A DNA stretch of 64,000 bases from NCBI GenBank assembly GCA_036785375.1, contig JAWMAR010000026.1, forward strand, positions 9,920,001 to 9,984,000, read 5' to 3'. How positions within the stretch are numbered: the stretch's first letter is position 1; each line of letters begins with the position of its first letter. A model generated the notes under the pieces. That model had not been told where the DNA came from and made no database searches. It was given only the letters and a program-made list of their open reading frames with translations. This stretch comes from Leucoraja ocellata. Its lineage: Eukaryota. This document shows, in pieces, positions 12,226 to 24,090 of the stretch. The position numbers and the translations under genes are program-made.

Positions 12226-12924
12226 ATATCATACACCTTGGGTTGGGACCCAGTCATCTGGATGATACCATTAGGGTTTAAATTTTGTGTGTTTCTACAA
12301 GATTTGGTGCTAAATCAAAACGTACCACTGGATAATGCCACAAGGCAAGAAAATCAGAGCAGGATTAGGCCGCTCAGCCCCTCTAGCTTGCCCTGCCATT
12401 CAGTACGATTGTGGCTGATTTTTTCCCAGGCCTCAACTCTTCTCCTGTGATAGTTACCCATCGCCCTCAAATTCCCTGATCTTTCAAAAACCCATCTACA
12501 TTGTATTTTAAATACTTCCAGTAGAGAACTCTAGAGATTCACCACCCTTTCCAAAGTAGGTTCTTGCACTCCTCAGTTTAAAATGAGGGCTCCCTTTCCC
12601 CCCAGCCCCCCAAATCTTATACCTCCATACCTTTGTTCGAGATTCTTCCATGTGTGAAAACATCTGCACATAACCATATTAAGCTCCCTAAGGATCTTAA
12701 ATGTTTCATAAGATCATCCCCTTATTCTTATTAGAATATACTAAATAGTCGAGAAATTGGGACTTTATTGAATTAATCTAGTGGAAACAATTGCAAATCT
12801 ACTCCGAAATGACAAAATCCAATCCTGGATGGCAGTGTGGTTTAAGTGTTCATTTCTTCGTCAGCTGGTGGAGTTACGTTGCTGCTGTTCAGTGAATCCT
12901 TCCTTTTTTTCATTGGATGTTCAG

Positions 12925-13063
12925 ATTGAAGACATTGAGGATGAGCGAGTGGAGGAAATACTCTATCGAATCAGTGACATGGATGTGGAGAGCAGAAGGA
13001 GGTGGATCAGACCCAAGGCTTTATTCGATAACTGTTACCGAGTATTGAAACAAATCTTCCACT
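12925..13063 (+). CDS. IL34: IL34 coding exon 5 (IEDIEDERVEEILYRISDMDVESRRRWIRPKALFDNCYRVLKQIFH+t)
   Basis: gttcag acceptor. RPKALFDNCYRV matches human RPKALLDNCFRV. Consensus donor ct|GTGAGT in phase 1. Confidence 0.93.
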
Positions 13064-13579
13064 GTGAGTGTTGGCAGCATTGGCCCCAATTCAAGGCTTT
13101 TACTTCCCAAGTAGAAGCCAAATATCGGGTACCACAGAGTTCAGTTCAATGTTAAACTTTGTAAGGGTGCATAGATTGCTGTGATAATCTTCATCTTACA
13201 AAGAGGTTCTTAGTATATCTTTAAGGGCCTTAAATATATTATAGCTTCAAATGTGGTGAAGAAATCAGAGTTAACTATATTCTTGAGCAATGTTGAGATA
13301 AAGCACCCTGCCATGGGAAGGGGTTGACAACACTGGCAAAGAAACCTTTGGGATGGTAAATCTAAAAATGTGTGACCATTAGTGTTGGATGACTATAGAA
13401 AATTCTGAAATAGACCACAGAGTTGGACAGTCTGTGTTTTATATAGCTGGTGTCAAGAAGTGTGTGTCGAGCCATATAGTCGAACAGCACAGAAACTGAC
13501 CCTTTGGCCCAGCATGTTCATGTTGATCTTTTTACTAATCTAAATTAATCCCATTTGCCCACATTAAGTCTGTAACTTT

Positions 13580-13770
13580 AAAAAAAGACACAATGCTGGA
13601 CTAACTTAGCAGGTCATGCAACATCTCTCTAGAACATAGATAGACCCCTACCATGCAGCACCGGCTACCAACAGCCACATGTTCTCCAGGATGCTGCCTG
13701 ACCTGCTGAGTTACTCCAGCACTTTGTGTTATTTTTTTGAAAACCAGCATCTGCAGATCCTTATGTCTTC
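13580..13770. mobile_element. Palindromic Penelope-like insertion with near-perfect 14-bp TSD, inside an older CR1 fragment
   Basis: aagtctgta(a/t)cttt at 13566-13579 and 13771-13784. Inverted arms. Confidence 0.65.
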
Positions 13771-14828
13771 AAGTCTGTATCTTTCTCAGACTTGCCCCTT
13801 CAAATGCCCATTTACATGTCACCTTGGACTGAATCCAAGTCATCAGCTACTTGTATTAAAAAAAGTGCCCCCTTTAAAATCCCTCGCGTTACACCTGTGC
13901 CCTGTGTTTTTTTTAATATACCTCTACCCCGACAAAAATACTCTGATTATGTACCCTTTATACAGGCCCCTCATAATCCTCTGTTCTTCTATTCGGGTAA
14001 CTCCTGAGCCTCCTCCACTCCAGGGAAAATAATCTCAGCCTCTCCAATCTCCCCTTGTAAAGTCCTCGAATCCAGGCAACATCTGATGAGTCTCCTGCAT
14101 TCTCTCCAGTGCAACCACATTTTTCATACGGTGTGGTGACCAGAAATTCATATAACACTCCAGGTGCAGCCTCACCATGCATTGCAAGTTTGCTACATAA
14201 TGTCCAAACTATCATATTCTGTGTCCCTACCTATTAAGGGAAATATGCCACGTACCTTCTTCACCACCATATCACTTTTAGGAAACCATAGACTTACAGT
14301 AAATTGCTTTTCATCAGCATTCCTTAGCACCCTACCATTTTCTTTCAGTGTGGCATTTAGAAGTGTTTAGATGAACACTTAAATCGCCCAGGTTTGGATG
14401 GCCAGACATAGTAGCTAAGTCTGGAAGATAGTATTAATTTGGTGGGGGTTCATTGGTCAGTGTGGACGTGCTTGGCTGAATGGCATGTTTCCATGTTGTA
14501 TGCCTCTGATGTTGGGTGAAGGATAAACACTGGTGAGAATTCCCTAGTTCTTCAGAAACATGATAGGATCTGTGCTGAGTCAACAGACATTTGTCTTGCT
14601 GGATCATCTTGAGGAGCCAGCTTGGGTTTTAAGACACTGCGTTGGTGTGGAGTGAGCAAGCTGCTGCTGAGTGACAGGCTAACATGTAACAGGGCAGCTT
14701 CCAGCCAGGGTTTTGCCTTTGTTGTTGGTTTCGAAGGAAGTGTTGGACATATGAGCTGAGACTTCGGGAACATCCTTGCGCTGTTACCGTCTGATAACTA
14801 ACTGTTTGTTTCCTTTGTTTTATTGAAG

Positions 14829-14845
14829 GCAACTGGGTTCCTTGA
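14829..14845 (+). CDS. IL34: IL34 candidate terminal coding exon (C-N-W-V-P-stop)
   Basis: ctaac branch point, long T-rich tract and aag acceptor at 14827-14828. T+GC restores a junction Cys as in human, followed by NW. AATAAA at 15761 and 15861 downstream. Confidence 0.55.
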
Positions 14846-15760
14846 CCCAGGCACCCAACTCCTGCATCATTACTGCCTGAAAGGAAGGCACCTGTGTTTC
14901 CAGGTTTACAATCCCTTGTTGACATCAGAAGCATCCGAAATAGTTAAGCCTGCTCTCACCCAGGACCTCGTGCATAGAGATGCAGGACTAGGTTGCCACT
15001 GGTTGAAGAATCAAAATGGACTTATGGACGAAAACCAGTGGATGATGGTGACCAGTTTGCTAACTCCTTCCCCACCCTCATCCCCAACTCTTTTGCTTGC
15101 TTTCTTTTATGAGTATGTGACATGGGCAAACCACCTGTGAGTCTCTCTGTCCGTATATACTAGAAGCACCAAGTTTGATAGTCCCACCTTCTGTTTGCCC
15201 ACCTAATCACACAAAACATTATTTTATGATGCGGGAGACCAACAAACCAAGACATCCGATTTGGTATCATGACCAGAATCATTGGAGCACACAGCATGAA
15301 GGAGGAGACCAAGGAATGGTGCTATGTGAAAGATTGATATTAAAGACTCATATGGACACTGAGCAGACCATGGTGGAGGGCATGGGTTGACGACTAGTGC
15401 TTGGTAGTTAGTGTGAATGACCTATACCCAATCAAATATTGGGAGAAAAGTGCGCAGTGGAGAAAATGATGAACCACTTGAAGCAAATATCGCCAGTAAA
15501 TCGCCTCAAAGACATTTTGTTGTTGTTTTGTTACCCAGCACAACATCAGTTACCTCGGCCACTTCAACCATTGCGTGAAGCTTCCATGGAAATTAATGAT
15601 TTTAATGCTAGAAGCACAAGTGTTCATTGGTTCTACTATCATGGATTGTCCTTGGTATCTGGGACTTGAAGATATTCTCTGCTCATTTCACTACCTTGTT
15701 TAAAAGGTCATTCAATATAATCTTCCCACCAACACTTGGTGATCAGGTCATCTACTGACT

Positions 15761-15766
15761 AATAAA
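15761..15766 (+). terminator. Candidate IL34 polyadenylation signal
   Basis: AATAAA about 0.9 kb after the candidate stop; a second at 15861. Confidence 0.35.
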
Positions 15767-17070
15767 TGTCTGAATGCTTCTAATGTCTTCTATCCCATAC
15801 AATGCTGTGACTACAGGCTGTTTGCACAGCCATGTTGTGTACTTATTGCATCTAGATATGAATAAAAAAACTATACGCTTTTTTGGGAAATAACAATGGC
15901 TGAATCCCATTCTCCCTCAAACCATGTCCTTGCTCACCGTCCTGGACTGGGAAATAGATTGTTGTTCCCTCATCATTATTGGGTCTGAATCTGGAACTAG
16001 CGGGACAGCAGCGGACCAAGTGATCACCCCTTATTCTCAAGGGCAGGAGTGGATGGGCACATTCCTGCACAATGAGTGAAGCAAGTTCAGATATACAACC
16101 ACAGGTAGCATTGCTGGGCCAATATCTATTGTCAATTTTGGTAACTCTAAGACTGCTGACTATCCTCTGTTCTTTAAAGGATTTATTTACCATATTTACA
16201 ATTCCAGTATTTACACATGTACATCAAATCAAAACGTTGACATCCTTGTCCAGGATACACTCCAGTAGTCCCACCGCTCCCAGAAGGTCTCCAGAGAGCC
16301 AGTGAATAGCTTGTGCACCCTCTCCAGAGTCACCCTGACTGGACCCTTGCTTGTGGTATCCATCACTAGGTGACGTCTGTGGCCAGACAGCCTCTTGAGA
16401 CTTCCTAGTGAGGCACAAGAGGATGCTGATTATGTTTAAGTACTGTCTGGATACACCCTGTTCCTCGTCACACAAACAGGCAAGCAGGTAGAAGGCAGGA
16501 GAACGCACAACAATTTGTACTGTCCATTCCAAAGAATAGTTGCAGATCAGGATAGTTAGCGCAAGCTGCGTCTATCTGCACATTTGTCTCAAACTGTGGA
16601 CGTATATTAATAGTTAAAATGCAAGTGGTTGACAGTATTCATGCAAGCTGACAAACTGACTCTTTGATTACCGATACAACTTCTTTACATATCTTCAGTT
16701 ATTGAAACTGAATGGATTGTTTTTCTTTGAATTCCTGATGTGCAGATTAGCCTGTGAGCACAGCTCAATGTTCATTGGCTGCTATCCAAGGCTTGCACAG
16801 AACTGAATCAATTAGCAAATGCTGTTTGAAACCTTCGGCCCTTCAGTTTGAAAACGGAAGAGTCATCGCCCTCTCACCTGTCAAAGTTGAGGAATGAGCC
16901 TTGGCTACAATGTTGTAAAATTATAGAGCACCAAAACAGGCCTTTTGGCCCAACTCGTTCATGCTGTTCAAGATGTCTATATGAACTAGTCCCATTTGCC
17001 TGCATTCGGTTCATATCCCTCTAAACCCTTTTCTACCCATGTACCTGTTCAAGTGTCTTTTAAATACTGT

Positions 17071-18355
17071 CATAGAGAGATACAGTGTGGAAACAGGCCC
17101 TTCGGCCCAACTTGCACACACCGGCCAACAACGTCCCAGCTACACTAGTCCCACTTGCCTGCGCTTGGTCCATATCCCTTCAAACCTGTCTAACTGTCTT
17201 TTAAAAGATGGGATAGTCCCAGCCTTAACTATCTCCTCTGGCAGCTTGTTCCATATACCCACCACCTTTTGTGTGAAAAAGTTACCCCTCGGATTACTAT
17301 TAAATCTTTTCCCCTTTACCTTGAACCTATGTCCTCTGGTCCTCGATTCCCCTACTCTGGCCAAGAGACTCTGTGCATCTACCCAATCTATTCCTCTCAT
17401 GTGTTTGTACATCTCTATAAGACCCCCTTCATCTTCCTGCGCTCCCTATATTGGAATAGAGACCCAGCCGACTCAACCTCTCCCTGTAGCTCACATCCTC
17501 AACATCCTTGTAAATCTTTTCTGACCCCTTTCCAGCTTGACAATATCTTTCCTATAACATTGTGCCCAGAACTGAACACAATATTCTAAATGTGATCTCA
17601 CCAACGTCTTATACAACTGCAACATGACCTCCCAACCTCTATACTCAATACTCTGATTGCTAAAGGCCAAAATGCCAAATGTCTTTTTGACCACCTTATT
17701 TACCTGCGACTCGAACTTCAAGGAACCATGCACCTGTACTCCTATTTCCCTCTGCTCTACCACACAGAGGCCTTCCATTTACTGTATAGGTCCTGCCCTT
17801 GTTCGACAATTGCAACACCTCTGTATTAAATTCCATCAACCATTCCACTGTCCACCTGGCCAACTGATCCAGATCCTGCTGCAATCTTTCACAACCACCT
17901 TCACTATCTACAAAACCACTAACTTTTGTATCATCAGCACAATTGTTAATCTTGACCTGTATGTTCTCATCCAATTCATTGATGTAGATGACAAACAGTA
18001 ACGGGCCCAGCAACGAACCCTGAGGCACACCACTAGTCACAGGCCGCCAGTCCAAGAAGCAACCTTCCACCATCACTTTCTGCTTCATTCCATGGGGCCA
18101 ATTTGCTATCCATTCAGCTATCTCTTCTTGGATCCCATGCGATCTACACTTCCAAAGCAGCCTACCATGCAGAACCTTGTCAAATGCCTTACTGAAGTCC
18201 ATGTACACAACATCTACAGCTCTGCCCTCATCGACCTTTTTGGGCACGTCTTCAAAAAAATCAATCAGGTTTGTGAGACAACCTCCCACATACAAAACCA
18301 TGCTGACTATCCCTAATCAGCCCTTGCCCATCCAAATACCTGTATAACCTGTCCC
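17071..18355 (-). mobile_element. CR1-like LINE, 5'-truncated, with RT domain and 3' tail
   Basis: ORFs contain VYMDFSKAFDKV, SGVPQGSLLGPLLF, ADDTK and LEYCVQFW. Frameshifted. Inserted in an older CR1 fragment (16920-18780). Confidence 0.95.
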
Positions 18356-18949
18356 AATGAGTCATTGTACCTGAATCTACAGCTTACTGTGGCAGCTTGT
18401 TCCAAATATGCACCATTCTTTGAGTGAAAAAGTTGTCCCTCTGGTTCCTTTTAAACCTTTTCCCTCTTACCTTAAATTTAATGCCTTCCAGTGTTAGGCT
18501 CCGTAATACTGTGGAAATAAAACTTCCCGTCATGATATAATAAACTCTATATGGTCTCTCCTCAACCGCCTACACTATATTCCAGGGAAAAGAGTCTCAT
18601 TGTAATACTCAACTCATCCAGTCCCAGTAGCTTCCTTGTGAATCCTTTCTGCTGAATGACATCCTTCCTATAGCTGGACGACCAGAAATGCACAAAGTAC
18701 TCTAAGTGTGATCTCATCAACAACAATTGTAATATGGCACCTCAACTCCTGTTCTCAATGCCCTGACTGATGAAGGCAAGCGTGCAGCGGTGTTAGTGTT
18801 ACGTTTATAGCAAAATATGACAAGGTGCTGATTGGAGGATTGGTTAGCAACACCCAAGCCATGGAAGGAGATATTAAGATATATGCCTTGAAGCTTGGTC
18901 AAAGAGTAAGAGTTTTGACCTGTTCAGCTGAAGACAGAGCCAGGAATAC

Positions 18950-19822
18950 AAGATACATTTATTTGTCATATGTACCAATTGGTACAGTGAAATGTGTGGT
19001 CACCATACAGCCATACGAGTAATAAAGAGCACAGAACACGATAGTCTATAACACAGACATCCCCACACAGCGGAATCAAAGTTTCCCACTGTGGGGGAAG
19101 GCTCCAAAAATTCAGTCATCCATCCTCCTCTGTTGTCCTCTGTTGTTCACCCGTGATCGGGGGGGGGGGGGGGGCTCCCGAACCCCTCGCTGTCACCGCT
19201 ACGAGCGGCCCGATGTTCAGGCCCTCTCCTCTCGCTGGGATGATGGAACTCCGACATCGGAACGGGAGAACCACCTCAACGGCTTGAACATCCGAGTCGG
19301 CCACTTCCTACCGGAGTCCGCGGCTCCGGAAGTCCACAGGCCGCGCTGGGCGGAGATTCACGCTGGCGGCCCTCGGCAAACGGTCTCAGGACTCCGCGAT
19401 GTTGAAGTCAGTGCCGCACGCGCTGGGCGCTCTCCAAACCCCAGCTCCGAGATGTTGAAGCAGCCGGCCCAGCGGTCCGGAGCTTCAAACGGCGATCCGG
19501 GTGAGGCATCGCCCGCTCCGCGGTGAATCCAATGTTGCGTCGCCGCTGCTGAAGCTTTGGCCGGTCTCCGGCTGGAAAGGCCGCGCCAATCCAGTTGGTG
19601 GGCTGCGAGGAGGGGGGGCGAGAACGCGACTCGAAGAATAGTCACATCCTCGCCAGGAAGTGACTGGGAAACGGTTTCCCCCTTACCTTCCCCCCTCCCC
19701 CACATAGAAAAACTATAGAAACCTCCAAACACACTTTTCAAACAGACTAAAAATGTTTTACAAGATAGAAAAACAGACAGACTGTGGGCAGAGCTGCCAT
19801 CAATGCGGCGCCCCCTAGTGGG
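18950..19822 (-). mobile_element. GC/CpG-rich non-autonomous retroposon-like element (about 870 bp)
   Basis: Same architecture as 48544-49395. The 3' end on the - strand has gtatggctgt...AATAAA and a short simple-repeat tail. Confidence 0.65.
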
Positions 19823-20719
19823 CCAAACGTCGACAAAGTTGCAAGAGAAAGATTTGTGAGGCTTGAGAAGAGGTGAGGCTGTTCAGGGACTTGGTGGGTA
19901 AAATTGGATTGGATTTTAATAAACTGGATGCTTAGCTGGTGCAACTCAGTTGTTTGCCTGAACATCTGCTGCTTGAGAGTAAACCTGGACAATGCCTGTT
20001 GGCTGCTTGCTGACTGCGACTTGTCATCGTGGAACAAGCAGGGAGTTGACTCTCTGGTGCTCTGGTCTCTTGACTCTCTGGCTGCACCCTCCCTCCCCCC
20101 CACCCAGCCCCCCCTCCTCCCCAGAGAGAGAAAGGCCATCTCTTACACCACTTTTGCCGTGCAGATCCTGAGGTGGTATTGGTTGAGATATATTATTGTC
20201 ATGTGTACAATGAAAAACATTTGTCAGTAATCTTTATATTTTTAATGAATGAGCAAACTGATTTGATTTTGTGGTTTGTTCTACCTGCATCAGGATGTTG
20301 CTGGCATCAATCACTGGGGTCTCAGGACCCCGGGGACTGAGTCACATCCAATGGGAGAACTGAGAGAAAGTCACATCCAATTTTCTGTTTTCGCCTTCGT
20401 ATGAAAGCCTTTCCTTGAAATAGGCCAATTTCATGCGGAAAAGGAGAGTGGCAATTAACATTCTCATTTGCACTGCCAGTTCAACCAATGCAATTACAAT
20501 GAAACTCTAACAACTGGGTCTTCAACTGTTCAATGTGGTTTAGCTTTTGGCTATATTATTAGTCCATTGAAACCATGTTGGAGTATTCATACGAGTAACA
20601 TCCAATAGTCCACAAAAGCCACCACCACCCAAACCCAAATCTACAAGTAGTTGTGAATTTGGCTCGTGTTCTGTGCTTGTGAGAGAATTGGCCATCCACC
20701 AACAGATTACTATTTTAGT

Positions 20720-21045
20720 CACAGAGACGCACAGCACAGAAACAGGCCCTGTGATCCAACAAATCCGCGCTGGCCATCAACAATCGCTGAACAATAAGCC
20801 TACATCAATTTCAATATTCTTTGTCTTCTCAATTCCCCCAGATTCGACCTCTCATCTGCACACTGGCTCCAATTTATAGTCACCCTTAAACCTTCTAATT
20901 TACCCATCTTCGGGATGAAGGGGAATCCAGAGCACCCGGGAGAATCCCAAGCGGTCACAGGGAGAACATGGGAATGGAGGTCAGGGTTAAAGCCGGTACT
21001 TTGGCGCTGCGAGGCAGTGGATGTCCAGCTGTGCCAAGGCGCTGT
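20720..21045 (-). mobile_element. tRNA-derived SINE, decayed
   Basis: Reverse-complement similarity to 6452-6775. Other decayed copies lie near 9600-9890, 31240-31520, 41770-42120 and 49750-50110. Confidence 0.7.
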
Positions 21046-21574
21046 CCTGTCTTACTGCTGGGTAATCCAGCAGTAACAGGCCTCACAACTGAATATGACC
21101 ATGTCCTCAATCAGCCATAACCCTTGGGAGGGTATAATCCTTGGAGTTTAGCATAATCCCTTGCACTCGATCGCAGTGAGAGGCATGGTATGATTGTAAT
21201 CTGGGTCAGCAGATTTTTACAGATGGTTACAGATTACAGAGACGGATGTACGTTGGCAGAGTATGTATGTTAACGCTCAGACAGTCTAATAAGTAACGGC
21301 CATGATCATTGCTAAGGTGCCCAGTCTCAGTAGTTTCTACAGGTCTGTTTCCATCAAATTCTGTACAAGGCACATGGGATAGGGCAGGGGTTGTCATGAC
21401 GATGAGTCATGATGATGATATGCAAATACCTTGACCTTTGTATCAGATGCCTAGGAGGTCAGATCGCATGTGCACTGTGGAAGCCTAGGCAGGAGGTCAT
21501 GGCTGAGTGAGATATTAAACACGGAGACAAAGGGATATAACCCTTACCCCTGCCCCCCCCGGGATTTGCGCCCC

Positions 21575-24090
21575 TGGACTGTGCGTTGACATGAGGAGAG
21601 GTAACAAGGCAATAATCAGAGAAAGACACCCAATTCCTACGATTGATAAGGTGCTACAAGTGTTATCAACCAGTAAAGTGTTTTCCAAAATTGATCTCGT
21701 GGGGATATCATCATTTGGAATTACAACCAGAGTCAAGAGTCATTGACAACATACGTCACTCACTGTGGATTGTACCGATACAAAAGACTGATGTTTGGAA
21801 TCAATGTTGCTCCCGAGATCTATCAGTATAAAATCCACAGAGTGATTGAAGGTGTACCTGGAGTAGCAAACATATCAGGAGACATCATCGTCCATGCATC
21901 AATTCGTGAAGAGCATGACAGGAGGTTGAAGCTAGTGTTGACTAAACTTCAAGAAGCAGGTCTCACTGTGAATGAAGACGTGCAAGTTTGGCGTCTCTGA
22001 GATGGATTTCATGGGACATAGACTCACAAGTGAAGGGCTGAACCCAGCCAAAGCTGAAGTGAAAGCTGTTGCAGATGCACGTGAATATCAAAATGCAATC
22101 GAGATGAGAAATTTTCTAGGACTGGTCAATTATTGTGCAAAATTTATTCCAAATTTTGCCACACTGGCAGACCCGCTGATAACGTTGACCAGGAAAGACG
22201 TACCGTTCCAGTTTGGGAGTGAACAGAGACAGTCGTTCAAGGAACTGAAACAAAGTCTAATGAGTGCAGAAACCCTTGGATATTATGATCCAGCTGCATC
22301 AACAAAGGTCATGGCAGATGCTAGTCCGGTCGGATTAGGAGCAGTGTTGGTACAGACACATGCAGATGGACCCAGAATCATAGCATATGCCAGTCGATCA
22401 TTAACCAGCGTGGAGAGAAGGTATTCTCAAACAGAGAAAGAAGCACTGGGACTAGTGTGGGCCTGTGAAAGGTTCCATGCTTACTTGAACAGCATTGAAT
22501 TTGAACTTGTTACAGATCACAAGCCCCTGGAAGTGATCTATTCGACAAGGTCTAAGCCATGTGCCAGAATAGAACGTTGGGTGCTGAGACTCCAACAGTA
22601 CAAGTACAAAGTAGTCCACATTACTGGGAAAGCAAACATTGCGGACCCGCTGTCGAGACTGTTGAAGGATGAACAGCTGGAAGCAACATCCACACTAGAG
22701 ATGGAAGCAGAGAACTTTGTGCGATTCGTCGCAATTCAGTCAACGCCAGGAGCTGTGACAATGATGGGTTGAAAGGGAATCAGAACATGATCCTGAACTC
22801 AAAGATATCAGAGAACGTATCCACAGTGGGCAATGGGATAAATGCCCTTACAAAGCACATGTTCCCATAAAAGATGAATTTTGTGTAATTGGTCAGTGTG
22901 TGCTGAGAGGTGGCAGAGTGGTGACCCCGCAAGCACTACGACCAAGGATTGTGTCATTAGCGCATGAAGGACATTTAGGCATCGTCGGTTGTAACAGAAT
23001 TTGAGGAGCAAAGTGTAGTGGCCAGGTTGTGAGAAAGATGCCGAAAAATTTGTCAAGACAGGTCACGGATTCCAAATCACAAGCAGGAGCAACCCACCAG
23101 TACCAATTAGAAGTACAAAGTTGCCAACAGGACCATGGGTTGACATAGCTGTTGACCTTCTTGGACCACTTCCAACAGGTGAATCATTTATGGTAGTGGT
23201 AGACTACTATAGTAGGTCCATTGAGTATGCAGTGATGAAGACAACTACAGCAGAAAAGACTGTACAGGCATTAGCAGAGATCTTCACCAGACATGGGTTG
23301 CCTGTTACATTCTACTCCGACAATGGGCCACAGTTTGTTTCTGAGACATTTGCTAAATACATGAGAATCACAGGCATCCATCATCACAAGGTGACTCCGA
23401 AATGGCCACAAGCTAAAGGAGAAGTAGAGAGACAAAACCAGTCCATGGAGAAGAGGATACGAATCGCCCATGCCGAAGGGAAAAATTGTTAGCATGCGTA
23501 GCTGTATATTGGGCGATCACTCACTCAACGACAGGGAACAATCCAGCAGAAGCTCTGTTTGGAAGGAAAATTCGCACTAAAATACTAGAAGTGCGAGTGA
23601 CCAGGAGCTGAGAGACTGTGATGCTGAAAAGAAAGCTGCGGCAAAATGGTACGCCGATTTGAAACGAGGAGCCAGGCACTCTGAAATAATGCCTGGGGAT
23701 GATGTGCTTGTGAGGCGAGATGATGGCGGTAAGATAGACACTCCTTACCATTGTCAGCCATACAATGTTGTATCGAGGAGCGGCAGCGTGGTGACAGTCA
23801 AGTCTCCAGTTGGTATTATCTACAAGAGAAATATATCGACCGTCAAAAAGTACTTGTCCAGGGACACACAAAACGACGTGGCCCAAAATTCACCAAGAGC
23901 TACTGATTCAGAGGGGCCAGACGACATTTCCGAGGTGGAGGGCAGAGTTCCAGTGGCAGCTCGCTACAACGCTGGATTCAACAGGCTCTGATGCTTCTGT
24001 GCCAACTTGTAGTCAAACTGTGAAAGGAGAGCCCCAAGCGATGCAATGATTTTGTGTTATAGATTATGATACTGTTTATTATGAGCAAGG
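21575..24090 (+). mobile_element. Decayed Ty3/Gypsy pol (RT, RNase H, integrase), frameshifted, no LTR pair seen
   Basis: FGINVAPEIYQ and degenerate NISGD in RT; DASPVGLGAVL and RRYSQTEKEAL in RNase H; AHEGHLG, VDLLGP, SDNGPQF and GEVERQN in integrase. Stops and frameshifts between segments. Confidence 0.93.

Noticed and set aside
19116-19741. GC-rich ORFs of about 127 aa on both strands
   Set aside because: They lie inside a repeat family with related copies elsewhere; no domain or splice context.
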